A stretch of DNA of 64,000 bases from Promethearchaeota archaeon (GTDB lineage Archaea > Asgardarchaeota > Lokiarchaeia > Sigyniarchaeales > SOKP01), in the NCBI GenBank assembly GCA_019057865.1, contig JAHLWP010000002.1, positions 128,001 through 192,000 on the forward strand, in the 5' to 3' direction. The notes beneath the pieces were generated by a model. That model saw only the letters and a program-made list of their open reading frames with translations, was not told the DNA's origin and did no database searches. The translations under genes were made by a program, and so were the position numbers. Below are positions 30,325-40,407 of the stretch, piece after piece; position 1 is the first letter of the stretch; each line of letters begins with the position of its first letter.

Positions 30325-30428
30325 TCTTTTAAAACTCACATTTAATTAAAGAATAATAAATAATTGATTTATTAAATTATACTTATAAACCTAAAAATTT
30401 TTTAAATAAAATCATTTTCTTTTTACTA

Positions 30429-30614
30429 ATGAATTCAGACGTTGATGAAGAAACAAAGAAGGAAATTTTTAAACTAATCTCAACCCCTGGAATTGAGATA
30501 GAAGATATTGTTGAACGAGTAAATCTAGATTATGATAAAGTCATGAAAATCTTGTCTGATGAATATTTACGAAATAATTTAGATTATGGTCGTCGTCTTT
30601 GTTGTAGATTTTAA
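30429..30614 (+). CDS. Small hypothetical protein, HTH-like
   Basis: 61 aa with IEDIVERVNLDYDKVMKIL helix-turn-helix-like pattern. Confidence 0.55.
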   Translation: MNSDVDEETKKEIFKLISTPGIEIEDIVERVNLDYDKVMKILSDEYLRNNLDYGRRLCCRF

Positions 30615-30842
30615 AGTTAAAATATACCTTTAGGGGTATTTTAATAAAACTTTTTAACTTTTATTCATTTTTAAAAATACTAAGTTCAAAATGAATTTTT
30701 TAATGGCTTAGGACGTAATTGTAATACGGTTTCAATATATCATAGATATTGAAATATAAGAAAAGTATTTAATAATCCTATGTTCCTTTGCCTTGAAAAA
30801 TTGTATTGAATAATATTTTAATTGAAAACTAAAAGGATCAAA

Positions 30843-31340
30843 ATGAGTAAAAAGGGTAAAGTTGTAGTAAAAGCATTGGTTACAGGTGGAGCTGCATCAG
30901 GTGGTCCGCCTATCGGTCCAGCCGTTGGTCCAACAGGAATTAACATTAAAGACGTTGTTGACGTTGTTAATGAAAAGACAATGGTATTCAAAGGATTAAC
31001 AGTACCAGTAAGAATTGAATGTGATCCTGAAACGAAACAATTTGAAATTTTCGTTGAAACACCAAGTACGGCTTCATTGCTTCTAAAAGAACTCGGTGTA
31101 GAGAAGGGTTCCTCAAACCGTTTAGAAGATAAAGTAGGAGATTTAACATTAGAGCAAATTCAAAATGTAACTAGAGCTAAAAGAGATATTTTTTTAGATA
31201 AAACCTACAAAACAAGCATAAAGACAGTTTTAGGAACAGCCTTGTCTATTGGTGTTACTGTAGAAGGTGAAGATCCAAAAGCGATTCAAAAAAAACTTGA
31301 TAATGGAGAATATGATGATATTATTAAGGAGGAAGGATAA
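30843..31340 (+). CDS. rpl11: 50S ribosomal protein L11
   Basis: GGAASGGPPIGPAVGP, VPVRI, GTALSIGV; likely ATG at 30843. Confidence 0.96.
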   Translation: MSKKGKVVVKALVTGGAASGGPPIGPAVGPTGINIKDVVDVVNEKTMVFKGLTVPVRIECDPETKQFEIFVETPSTASLLLKELGVEKGSSNRLEDKVGDLTLEQIQNVTRAKRDIFLDKTYKTSIKTVLGTALSIGVTVEGEDPKAIQKKLDNGEYDDIIKEEG

Positions 31341-31343
31341 AAT

Positions 31344-32072
31344 ATGAAAGTAGACGATAAATTACTAAGTAGATCCCTTAATGCAGCCATTGAATTTTCG
31401 GTTTTAAAAAAAGAAGGACACAAAGATAAAGTAAGGAAATTTGATGAGACAATCGATCTCATCTTAAACATTAAAGATGTGAATCTTAATGATCCAAAGG
31501 CTAGAATTGATAAAGAATTAATACTTCCAAATGCGGTTATTACAACAGATAAACCAAATATCTGTGTAATTGCTTCTGATGAGATATTATTAGAAGCTAA
31601 AAAATCAGGTTTAGATACTCTTGACCGTGAAGGTTTAGCAAGGATAAACAATGAAGAAAAAAAATATAAGAAAAAATTCGTAAAGAAGTATGACTTCTTT
31701 GTAGTTGAGGATAAAGAAATGAGAAATGTTGCTAGGTATCTAGCGCGTTTTTTGGGACCAATTGGAAAAATGCCTAAACCTTTTCCTAGCGGATATGGAA
31801 TTATCTCATCAGTAAACGAATTAAATACGGCTATTGAGCGATATAAAAAGATTATTAGAGTTCAAATGAAGAAAAAACCAGTAATTCAAGTAAAAGTTGG
31901 TAAAAAATCTATGGATTCAAATGATTTACTTGAAAATATGAAAGCCGTGGTAGATTATATTATAGATCTAATGCCACATAAATATAATAATATTAAATCA
32001 ATGTTCTTAAAAACAACAATGGGTCGTTCTATTAGGGTTGATAATGATTATCTCACAAGTTTAGGGGTGTAA
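31344..32072 (+). CDS. rpl1: 50S ribosomal protein L1
   Basis: RKFDETIDL, LGPIGKMPKP, KTTMG. Confidence 0.96.
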   Translation: MKVDDKLLSRSLNAAIEFSVLKKEGHKDKVRKFDETIDLILNIKDVNLNDPKARIDKELILPNAVITTDKPNICVIASDEILLEAKKSGLDTLDREGLARINNEEKKYKKKFVKKYDFFVVEDKEMRNVARYLARFLGPIGKMPKPFPSGYGIISSVNELNTAIERYKKIIRVQMKKKPVIQVKVGKKSMDSNDLLENMKAVVDYIIDLMPHKYNNIKSMFLKTTMGRSIRVDNDYLTSLGV

Positions 32073-32076
32073 ATAA

Positions 32077-32967
32077 ATGATAAAGAAGAAAGAAGTACCT
32101 CAATGGAAATTAGCAGAGGTAGATAATTTGGTAAATTTATTTAAGCAATATAAGAATATAGCAGTAATTGATGTTGCACATTTAAACGATAAACAAATTC
32201 AAGAAACTCGGAAAATATTAAGGGGAAAGGCAATTATAAGGATGTCTAAAAAAAATTTACAAATAAGAGCAATTGAACAATTTAAAAAAGAAGCTAAAAA
32301 TGAAAATTTAGATGAGTTAGCAAATAGCATTCCTGGTCAGTCAGCTCTATGTTTCACTACCATGGATATTTTTGAATTGAAGAAAATTTTTAATGAAAAT
32401 GAATATTGGGTACCTGCTAAACCTGATGAAATAACTCCGGTAGATATATGGGTACCTGCTGGAGATACAGGATTACCTACAGGTCAAGTTATTTCCGAAT
32501 TAAATATGATTTTACGTTTACCAACTCGTATTCAAAATGATACTATCTGGATTAAAGAAGATACAAGAACCCATGGAGCAGGTGATTTTGTAGATGTTAA
32601 ACAGGCAGCTGTTTTAAAAAAATTAGGTATAACTCCAATAGAATCGTTAATAAAGATTCATTTTGCATGGAGCGAAGGAGAAATAATACCAGAGGATATT
32701 TTATATATAGACACCGAACAATTCAAGCGAGATATAACTAAAGCATATAGAGAGGCGTTTGGAGTTCTTTTTGAAATGCCATTTTATGTGGATGAGATGT
32801 CTGATGAATATATTCGAAAAGCAATATCTGAAGCTTATACATTAAATGCTATGATATTTGGAGAGGGAATTCAAGTCACTGCCGAAAAAGAATTAAAAGT
32901 TGAAAAAGAAGAAGCTGAAGAAGAAACAGAGGAAGAAGAAGTTGGTATTGGAGGTCTATTTGGCTGA
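32077..32967 (+). CDS. rpl10: 50S ribosomal protein L10 (P0)
   Basis: PQWK, VPAGDTG, LKKLGITP, acidic tail ending GIGGLFG. Confidence 0.96.
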   Translation: MIKKKEVPQWKLAEVDNLVNLFKQYKNIAVIDVAHLNDKQIQETRKILRGKAIIRMSKKNLQIRAIEQFKKEAKNENLDELANSIPGQSALCFTTMDIFELKKIFNENEYWVPAKPDEITPVDIWVPAGDTGLPTGQVISELNMILRLPTRIQNDTIWIKEDTRTHGAGDFVDVKQAAVLKKLGITPIESLIKIHFAWSEGEIIPEDILYIDTEQFKRDITKAYREAFGVLFEMPFYVDEMSDEYIRKAISEAYTLNAMIFGEGIQVTAEKELKVEKEEAEEETEEEEVGIGGLFG

Positions 32968-33041
32968 AATTTAAAATAATATAATAATCTAATAATAAGA
33001 TGATTTTAAAATAAAAAATATTAAATGGGAGGTTTGAAAAT

Positions 33042-33332
33042 ATGGAAAGCATTTATGCTGCATTATTGCTCCACAAAGTTGGAGGAAAAATTACAGAAGC
33101 AAATGTAGAAAAAGTATTAACTGCTGCGGGTGCAAAAGTAGATAAAACTGAAATCACCAAGCTTATTGCTGGATTGAAAGTAGCAAATATTGATGATGTC
33201 ATTAAAAATGCTAGTGCTATGCCAGTAATGGCTGCTCCTGCTGGAGAAAAAGCTGGGAAAAAGAAGGAAGGAAAGAAGAAAAAAGAAGAAGTAGAGGAAG
33301 CGGAACCTACGGGTATCGGAAGTCTCTTTTAA
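33042..33332 (+). CDS. rpl12: 50S ribosomal protein L12 (P1)
   Basis: MESIYAALLLH...GIGSLF; GGAGG SD. Confidence 0.96.
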   Translation: MESIYAALLLHKVGGKITEANVEKVLTAAGAKVDKTEITKLIAGLKVANIDDVIKNASAMPVMAAPAGEKAGKKKEGKKKKEEVEEAEPTGIGSLF

Positions 33333-33408
33333 GCGTGTATCCTATGCCAGTTTCTCAATTCGGTTAATCTCCAGAACACTATAAGCAAAGGACATCAATT
33401 AACAGCGG

Positions 33409-33440
33409 TTTTTTTTATTATTTTTTTTTAGTTTTTTTTA
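33409..33440 (+). terminator. Poly-T tracts after the L11-L12 operon
   Basis: Three consecutive T8-9 runs downstream of rpl12. Confidence 0.5.
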
Positions 33441-33601
33441 ACTGATTTATCTATATTGTTTATAAATTTATTTGAATATTCTTTTTGAAACATAAACTTT
33501 TTTTAAAATTCTATTTTTTTTAAATTACTTCTATCAATTTGTGAAGAAAAACTTATTTGATTTATAAAAATAAAGTAAAAGATTCTTAGTACTGATGAAA
33601 C

Positions 33602-35065
33602 ATGGCTGGAAGATTTCTTAAATTTTTCTCTCCTTTCGTTCGGGTTATGCCTGAGATTAAGCAACCCCAAAGGGAGGTTTCCTTTAAGGAGAAGTTCATT
33701 TGGACTGCTCTCGTTTTAATAATTTACCTAATAATGTCTAACATTCCTCTGTACGGAGTTCAGCTTGAAGAGTCCACCGATTATTTTTATTGGCTTCGCG
33801 TCATCTTGGCAAGTCAACGGGGAATGCTAACCGAGCTAGGAATTGGCCCAATCGTTACATCGGGTCTTATCATGCAATTATTATTAGGTTCAAAAATAAT
33901 CAAAGTAAATATGGCTGATCCCTATGATAGAGCTATGTTTACTGGTGCACAAAAAGTACTAGCAATCTTCTTGACAACTTTTAATGCTCTTGCATATTTA
34001 GCAGGAGGAGCATTTGGTAGTTTAAGTGCAATTGGAATTGATGGAGCAACATTTATATTTGTACAATTACTTTTTTCTGGAATAATCATAATATTACTTG
34101 ATGAACTACTTCAAAAGGGGTGGGGCATTGGGAGTGGTGTCTCTTTATTTATAGCAGCAGGAGTAGCCGGTCAAATTTTTTGGAATAGTTTTAGTTTTGT
34201 AGGGGATGAGAAGGGAGTACCAAGAGGTATAGTAATTGCATTCTTTTGGGTGCTGTTTGATGGTGATCCTAACACAACTCTCGGTACAATTTTTGCACGA
34301 CAACAATTACCATCATTATTAGGGATTATTACTACAATAATTATTTTCTGCATTGTTATTTGGTTTGAATCTACAAGGATTGAGATACCGCTTGCCTATC
34401 GGGGTTACAGAGGGTTCAGGGGTAAGTACCCCATGAAATTACTATATGTTTCTAATATCCCCGTTATCCTTGTAATGGCATTATATGCGAACTTTCTATT
34501 TTTCGGTCAGCTGCTGGCAGGTCCAGATTCTGCATTACGTGATATCATTTCTCCTTTTTGGGTTGATTTATTAGGGAAATTTAAAGTTCAACAATCTCCA
34601 ACAGGTCCAGGAGCTCAGTTAATTCCAACAGGAGGATTGATATGGTTACTCACACCACCATTAGGATTAGCTGATCTAATTGCAAATCCAGTAAAAGCGT
34701 TAATATATTTAAGCATATTTACTTTCATGTGTATAATGCTTGGGCGCGTATGGGTCGAAGTTTCAGGTCTAGCGCCGCGAGATATCGCGGATCAAATAAT
34801 AGCTTCGAAAATGCAAATACCAGGATTTCGTAGTTCCGCAAAAGTTGTAGAGCGAATTCTGAAGAGATATATACCCACTCTCATTATTCTGAACGGAATA
34901 ATAATCGCTTTTCTGAGCTTCTTTGCCGATAGTTTGGGGGCGCTTACGTCAGGTACAGGTCTTCTAATAGCTATAGGAATCACGCATCAGTATGTAGAGT
35001 CAATATCGAAAGAGATAGCGGCTCAACAGTACCCAGCCATGCGTGACTTCCTTGGATTAGGTTAA
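33602..35065 (+). CDS. secY: Preprotein translocase SecY/Sec61alpha
   Basis: ELGIGPIVT, LDELLQKGWGIGSGVSLFIA, KLLYVSNIPVIL, IPGFR, SGTGLL. Confidence 0.97.
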   Translation: MAGRFLKFFSPFVRVMPEIKQPQREVSFKEKFIWTALVLIIYLIMSNIPLYGVQLEESTDYFYWLRVILASQRGMLTELGIGPIVTSGLIMQLLLGSKIIKVNMADPYDRAMFTGAQKVLAIFLTTFNALAYLAGGAFGSLSAIGIDGATFIFVQLLFSGIIIILLDELLQKGWGIGSGVSLFIAAGVAGQIFWNSFSFVGDEKGVPRGIVIAFFWVLFDGDPNTTLGTIFARQQLPSLLGIITTIIIFCIVIWFESTRIEIPLAYRGYRGFRGKYPMKLLYVSNIPVILVMALYANFLFFGQLLAGPDSALRDIISPFWVDLLGKFKVQQSPTGPGAQLIPTGGLIWLLTPPLGLADLIANPVKALIYLSIFTFMCIMLGRVWVEVSGLAPRDIADQIIASKMQIPGFRSSAKVVERILKRYIPTLIILNGIIIAFLSFFADSLGALTSGTGLLIAIGITHQYVESISKEIAAQQYPAMRDFLGLG

Positions 35066-35394
35066 CAGAGCAATCTAATTCAAATAAAATAAAAATACAC
35101 GAATGTAATAAATATTTGAAAAATTTAATTTCTAAAAAATAAAAGAGTTTAAAAAAAATTCAAATAAAGAATTATATAATTAAGTATCTATATGTATAAA
35201 TTGAGCCCAAGAATCTTCTTTTAAAAATGAACGCACTATAAGTTGACAAATTTAAAGATTTAGAAGAAGCAGATGATTATTATAATATTACAACCAATTC
35301 TGATATTTCTTACATCCCCTAAGAATATCTAATTTTAGGTAATTTTCTCAATCTGAAAAGTTTATAATAATTTCAAAATAATTAAATAATAGAC

Positions 35395-35997
35395 ATGTTT
35401 TTTATGATTTTCAAAAGTGCATTTATGGATTGGATTTCAGAACCACCAGGTTCAATGATCTTTGTTTTATCATTAGCTTTAACAACGGGACTAATTAGTT
35501 CACTTTTAACAAGATGGTTAGTAGATGCTGAAGAGGTTGAAAGGAAGCAAAAACAAATTAAAGCACATGAAGAAGAAAAAGAAAAAATTATTGATATGGC
35601 AGAAACAGATGCAGAACGATATAGAAAAAATCGTAAGCGGTGGGAACGCAAAGATATGATGTTAAAAAAAACGCAACAATCTATGGCTCTTCAGAGATTA
35701 AAGCCCACTTGTGTAACTTTTGTCCCTATGATTATTATATTTACACTTGTGAGAATGATTTTCACAAATAATCCGGTTGCTCTAAGTCCTATGCACGCGA
35801 ACGATGTTCCTCTCATAGGTCCCTTAATAAGCGCAGGTGCTCTCTGGATTAATTTCACAGCATGGTATTTCCTCTGTTCACTTGGTATAAGCACTCTATT
35901 TCAAAGGTTTTTCAAGCTTCAAACCCAGGCTTCTGGCGGAATAGGAAAGGCATTTGGAGGTACAAAAGGGAAAGGATTAGAATTTCCAGATGTATAA
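35395..35997 (+). CDS. DUF106/EMC3/TMCO1 family (Oxa1 superfamily) membrane insertase
   Basis: TM, coiled coil, LKP..VTFVP, WYFLCS; located after secY. Confidence 0.88.
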   Translation: MFFMIFKSAFMDWISEPPGSMIFVLSLALTTGLISSLLTRWLVDAEEVERKQKQIKAHEEEKEKIIDMAETDAERYRKNRKRWERKDMMLKKTQQSMALQRLKPTCVTFVPMIIIFTLVRMIFTNNPVALSPMHANDVPLIGPLISAGALWINFTAWYFLCSLGISTLFQRFFKLQTQASGGIGKAFGGTKGKGLEFPDV

Positions 35998-36002
35998 ATT
36001 CA

Positions 36003-36106
36003 TGGCGCAGACAGAGGGATTTGAACCCTCGAGTGCAAAGCACACTGGCTTTATGGTATAACAATCTTCTCCAAGCCAGCGCCGTACCAGGCTTGGCTAT
36101 GTCTGC
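36003..36106 (-). tRNA. tRNA-Ser(GGA) with 18-nt intron at 37/38 (36051-36068), CCA encoded
   Basis: GCAGACA/TGTCTGC acceptor, CTGGC/GCCAG anticodon stem, TT-GGA-G loop, long variable arm, GAGGG-TTCAAAT-CCCTC, G73 then CCA. Confidence 0.9.
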
Positions 36107-36167
36107 AAAAAAAATTGAGGTAAGTTTGATTTATATTTTAAGATTTGAAATTAATTGAGACTTTTAA

Positions 36168-36440
36168 TTATCTTATCGGGATAGAGACAACTTCATTCAT
36201 TTTTTTTTGTAATTTTGCTTGTTTAATAGCAGTCTCAATTTCTTCATGCGAAGCTCCTTTTTTAATGTTTATTGTGTCTGTAATCGGTTCAATGTGTCTA
36301 TAATTAACTCTTCTTCTTCGAATTTTCAATCCATCTATTATTAAATAATTTTTATCTATGATATCCACAATAACACAATAATGTCCTGCTTCTCTTCCCG
36401 TTGTTTTTATACATATTCTTCCAATATCGTAAACACTCAT
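36168..36440 (-). CDS. rpl14e: 50S ribosomal protein L14e
   Basis: GRICIKTTGREAG..CVIVDIIDKN, RRRVN.RHIEP. Confidence 0.95.
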   Translation of the reverse strand: MSVYDIGRICIKTTGREAGHYCVIVDIIDKNYLIIDGLKIRRRRVNYRHIEPITDTINIKKGASHEEIETAIKQAKLQKKMNEVVSIPIR

Positions 36441-36581
36441 ATATAATTCGTCACCAAATTATTTTTAGTTCATTTACCTTCACTGAATTTTTAATATTTC
36501 AGTAAAGATAAATTATCTATTGTAAATTAAAAAATATATGTAAAAATAAAATTTTTATGATTTTTAAAAGTTAAAGATAAG

Positions 36582-37115
36582 TTATAATTTATTTAGAGAG
36601 GAGAGAATTCTATTTAAAACTTCTTCAATAGTTAAATTTTGCGTATCAATTATTAAGTCATAAATTTTTTTAATTTTATCATTATCACTTAAATCAATAT
36701 TGTATAATTCTTTGAATCTTCTTAATTCTGATTTTTCTCTCAATAGAGTTTCTTTTAGATTATCTTCATATAATGTCAGATCTCTTTCAGCCATTCGTTT
36801 AACACGAGTTTCTAAAGGACAGGTTAATAATATTTTAAAATCTGCGATTGATTCAAGGATATAGCCACTTAATTGGCTATCAACTATTATATTTCCTTTT
36901 TTAGCTATATCTATTATCTTTTTGTCTAATTGTTTATCGATCTCAGGATTTTCTTCTACATAATGAGTAAATTCTTTTAAAGACATGTTCATATCTTTTG
37001 CTAAATCTCGAAATGCTTCACCAGTTGAATAATATTTAATTCCAATAAATTTAGCTAACTTTTTACCTATTGTTGATTTCCCAGTGCCATGTAAACCTGA
37101 AATCGTTAAAATCAT
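36582..37115 (-). CDS. cmk: Cytidylate kinase (archaeal type)
   Basis: ITISG..GTGKST-like P-loop, GEAFR, RRFKELYNID; sits between L34e and L14e. Confidence 0.92.
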   Translation of the reverse strand: MILTISGLHGTGKSTIGKKLAKFIGIKYYSTGEAFRDLAKDMNMSLKEFTHYVEENPEIDKQLDKKIIDIAKKGNIIVDSQLSGYILESIADFKILLTCPLETRVKRMAERDLTLYEDNLKETLLREKSELRRFKELYNIDLSDNDKIKKIYDLIIDTQNLTIEEVLNRILSSLNKL

Positions 37116-37216
37116 TGTTGTAACTAAAATTTCTAAATAATTTAATAATTAAATTATTGATTCTTAATTTTTAGAATTTTATTATGAATCATTAAGAATT
37201 ATAAAATTAAAATTCA

Positions 37217-37486
37217 TTATTGCGTCCATACTGTCTCTTTAATTAGAGTTTGAAGACATTTTGCACAATATCGTCCACTTTCTAATCGGTTTGCCCTTCT
37301 AGCAGTCTTGTTTGTTTTTTTCATTTTTGCAGGTCGTAATCTTGGAATAGACTGAATTGGTTTCTTACAAATGGCACATCGAGCTCTATGAGGTTTTTTT
37401 CTCCAATAATGTGATACATTTCGGTTACCTGGTGTCCTTACCTTCTTCCTAGCTTGAGCTTTAGATCTAAGACCTGGACGAGGAAT
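37217..37486 (-). CDS. rpl34e: 50S ribosomal protein L34e (apparent ATT start)
   Basis: (M)PRPGLRSKAQARKKVRTPGNRNVSHYWRKKPHRARCAICKKPI...RRANRLESGRYCAKCL; upstream AAGGTAA; not in the ORF track. Confidence 0.93.
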   Translation of the reverse strand: MPRPGLRSKAQARKKVRTPGNRNVSHYWRKKPHRARCAICKKPIQSIPRLRPAKMKKTNKTARRANRLESGRYCAKCLQTLIKETVWTQ

Positions 37487-37572
37487 AGTGATTACCTTAA
37501 TTTTGTATTTATAGAATTAATACTTAAACTAATAAAATTTAAAATAATAGAAGAAATATTAACTTTATTATC

Positions 37573-38229
37573 TTAGGTTTTGAGATTTAATTTATTTTGA
37601 AATTCTTTAAAAACTTGATAGATATCATCTACTATTCTCTCACTAAATCTTCTATTTTCATGGAGCTTAGTAGAATTATTTAAAACTCTTTTATTTATTT
37701 TATCAATATTTGTTTGAATCTCCTCCATCCCAGGGAATTTTTCCACATTTTTTTTTAAATCTTCAAATAACTTATTTATTAATTCGATCTCTTTAAATTC
37801 CCTTAACTTGATAGCGTCCATAAGTGTTATAAAGGATGATGTTATCTCTAAAGTTATCCCAGGTAATTCTAATACTGATGCTCTCATCTTTTTTGAAAAT
37901 TGGGATCCTTGTCTATCTCTACTTCCTAATACTTCATTAGAAAGATCTAATGAAGAAATTTCATTAATAATATCAATAGCTCTATAGTAATCTTGAGTTA
38001 ACTTCATTTTTTTTAAAAGTTTAGAAAGAATTATTTTTTTATCATTCAAAGAAAAATTAAATTTAAGTAACTCATTAGTAGAATTCTTAATAGTTTTTAG
38101 AAAGAAATTTTCTTTAATAATTCCATTCTGGTACTTCTCATATAAGTTAAATATAGTATTTAATAGTGCAAATAACTCAGATTCAATTTCAGGTTCGAAT
38201 GCAAGAGATTTATCGTTATCTGGTGCCAT
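37573..38229 (-). CDS. vps28: Vps28-like ESCRT-I subunit
   Basis: N-terminal ESELFALLNTIFNLYEKY and C-terminal EITSSFITLMDAIKL resemble eukaryotic Vps28 (ELFA.../FITVMDALKL). Confidence 0.78.
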   Translation of the reverse strand: MAPDNDKSLAFEPEIESELFALLNTIFNLYEKYQNGIIKENFFLKTIKNSTNELLKFNFSLNDKKIILSKLLKKMKLTQDYYRAIDIINEISSLDLSNEVLGSRDRQGSQFSKKMRASVLELPGITLEITSSFITLMDAIKLREFKEIELINKLFEDLKKNVEKFPGMEEIQTNIDKINKRVLNNSTKLHENRRFSERIVDDIYQVFKEFQNKLNLKT

Positions 38230-38295
38230 TTTAATTATAATATTTAGTAGATTAAATTAGTTATATAACAATAAGATTTTGTACTAATAAATTTT

Positions 38296-39213
38296 TTAAC
38301 CAAATACCGATGGTCTTAGAAAATAGAAAATTACTGCAACCAGAATACCTATGATAAAACTAGGTATTAAAACACGATAAGTAGAAGAATTACTCAATTC
38401 TCTAATAGCCAATGTCATCAAGATAGGAACCCATATTGCTATCGTTAAGGCATCAATAACATCTAAAGCAGCCCAGCTTTTAGATCTAAACATTTGATTA
38501 AATATAACTTCATTAAATATCGAAATATCAGGAACATCTACTGTAGGAAAAGCAACTAGTACAATCAATATTTTAATGGCATTTATTAGTAAAAAGGGAG
38601 TAAATGCACATAACATCATTCTAAATTTATGTGAACCTTCTAAGTGTAACATTGTTCCACCTTTATAAATGCTAAATGGACTAATCTCTTCTTCTTTATA
38701 CCTTTCTTTTACTTCTCCTATTGATCCGAAGCGATCTTCCAATCTTTCAGTAAATCCTACAGCGTAATTGGCTCCTTTCGTAACCAACCAAATTAATATT
38801 GAAAAAAAGATTAATTGAAAACAAAGTCCAAATATGAAAAAAGCAGCAAAAAAGCTAAAGGTAAAGTAAGCTTTTATAGGTGAATATGTAGAAATACTAG
38901 TGAAATTAAAGTGTGAGAATAAAGCTAAACCCATTAGCCCATAAAGTAAAGAGCTCAATAACAAAATTAACCACCCTGGAGCTTTACTGCGTTTATGGTT
39001 AATATCCCAAAATCCTCGATTGGGCTGAATGAACAGATAATAAATTTTAATATACCATGGATACGGATTTGTCCATTCTGCTTCATATCTTCTAAAAAAA
39101 GAAATTGTTTCAATTTTTTCGATTTTTAATCGTACACCACAGAAACTACAAGCAAAACTATCAGCACGATTCTCATTTCCACATCTAGGACATCTTTGAA
39201 TAGCAATGCTCAT
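38296..39213 (-). CDS. Zinc-ribbon plus Yip1-domain membrane protein
   Basis: CPRC..CSFC, LFIQPNRGFWDI (Yip1 P...F motif), about five TM helices. Confidence 0.7.
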   Translation of the reverse strand: MSIAIQRCPRCGNENRADSFACSFCGVRLKIEKIETISFFRRYEAEWTNPYPWYIKIYYLFIQPNRGFWDINHKRSKAPGWLILLLSSLLYGLMGLALFSHFNFTSISTYSPIKAYFTFSFFAAFFIFGLCFQLIFFSILIWLVTKGANYAVGFTERLEDRFGSIGEVKERYKEEEISPFSIYKGGTMLHLEGSHKFRMMLCAFTPFLLINAIKILIVLVAFPTVDVPDISIFNEVIFNQMFRSKSWAALDVIDALTIAIWVPILMTLAIRELSNSSTYRVLIPSFIIGILVAVIFYFLRPSVFG

Positions 39214-39336
39214 TTTTTGATTACTCCTTAAAATTCATTATAATAATCATATAATAAAATAATCTTATAAAAATTTCTTTTAATTTTCTTATTTAAATAA
39301 ATTACAATTGCTAAATTAAGAATTATTGTCTTTTCA

Positions 39337-40407
39337 TTAACTTATTTTTTGAAATTCTATAATAAAATAATTTTTTTCTTTTAAAATGTCATATTTGCGA
39401 TGTGAGAAGGATTGAATTAATTCTAGATTAGTTTTTGTATGGTTTGTAATTTCAAGTACTTTTATTTTTGATGCCCCACTACAATAGGCCATTAAGGGTA
39501 TTAATTGGTCGCTTAGAAAATTGTCAACAGGGATCTCATTTTTGATATATTTAAGGATTTCATTAGCAGCTATCGTTCCAAGTTTTTCAGAAGTAATTTG
39601 TTTTTCACCTAAAATTGTACCACTGGATATAATGGCTCCTGTATCTGAATGTGCCCATAAAAAAAGCCCTACACCAGGACTATATGAATTTACAAACTTA
39701 TATTTTATGTTTGTTTCTAATTTTATATTTTTTCTAACTTGTTGTTCAATTGTTCTTTTTATTCTTTCATTTATATTACTTTTTTTCAATTGATTAGTTA
39801 AAATGATTTCTCCATTAAGATTTTCTAAATTCCCTAAATCTATTAAATTTATTGGCTTTAATTTGTCGGTTGGTGGATATATTACGCATTTAGCTTTAGC
39901 ACCTCCCTTAGGATAAAATCCATGTTGATCTATATCAATATCAATTTTCAATCCGGATTTCTTGAAAATTTGATATGTTACTTCTTGAAGGTAATTGAGA
40001 CTGGGAGCCCATTTTCCAAACGTACCTCCTCCATTCAATAATAACTCAATTTTTTCTGGTTTATTGAATCCTAAACTAGATATTTGAATTGGCTGGAGTA
40101 ATAACCCAAGGTTTGCTGCTGTATTTATATTAACTTGAATTTTATCTTTTATTTTTTTATTTGGAATTAAAGTTACTTTTTTCGTACCAACATGACATTC
40201 AGATAAGGTACTACTTGTTAATTCTGATAAAGTTTTTAGACCTAACATATGTTGAGTTCTTAAGCCAGGTTTTGGTCTATTAGCACGAATATTTTTAATT
40301 CTGATCGGTTGATTAAATAGAATAGAAAATCCTGCACCTAACCGGAGTATAGCTCCTCCCCCCTCTCCCATTGCACCATCAATTTCTAAAAACTCTAAAT
40401 TAGTCAT
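39337..40407 (-). CDS. rtcA: RNA 3'-terminal phosphate cyclase
   Basis: IDGAMGEGGGAILR, IRANRPKPGLRTQH, GFYPKGG, SDQL, TNHTKTN. Confidence 0.95.
   Translation of the reverse strand: MTNLEFLEIDGAMGEGGGAILRLGAGFSILFNQPIRIKNIRANRPKPGLRTQHMLGLKTLSELTSSTLSECHVGTKKVTLIPNKKIKDKIQVNINTAANLGLLLQPIQISSLGFNKPEKIELLLNGGGTFGKWAPSLNYLQEVTYQIFKKSGLKIDIDIDQHGFYPKGGAKAKCVIYPPTDKLKPINLIDLGNLENLNGEIILTNQLKKSNINERIKRTIEQQVRKNIKLETNIKYKFVNSYSPGVGLFLWAHSDTGAIISSGTILGEKQITSEKLGTIAANEILKYIKNEIPVDNFLSDQLIPLMAYCSGASKIKVLEITNHTKTNLELIQSFSHRKYDILKEKNYFIIEFQKIS

Noticed and set aside
33333-33408. Relatively GC-rich stretch after rpl12 as a possible sRNA
   Set aside because: No clear C/D boxes or stable fold identified by eye.
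35200-35330. Possible adk remnant or C/D sRNA between secY and DUF106
   Set aside because: Only weak box-like words and a short peptide without adk motifs.
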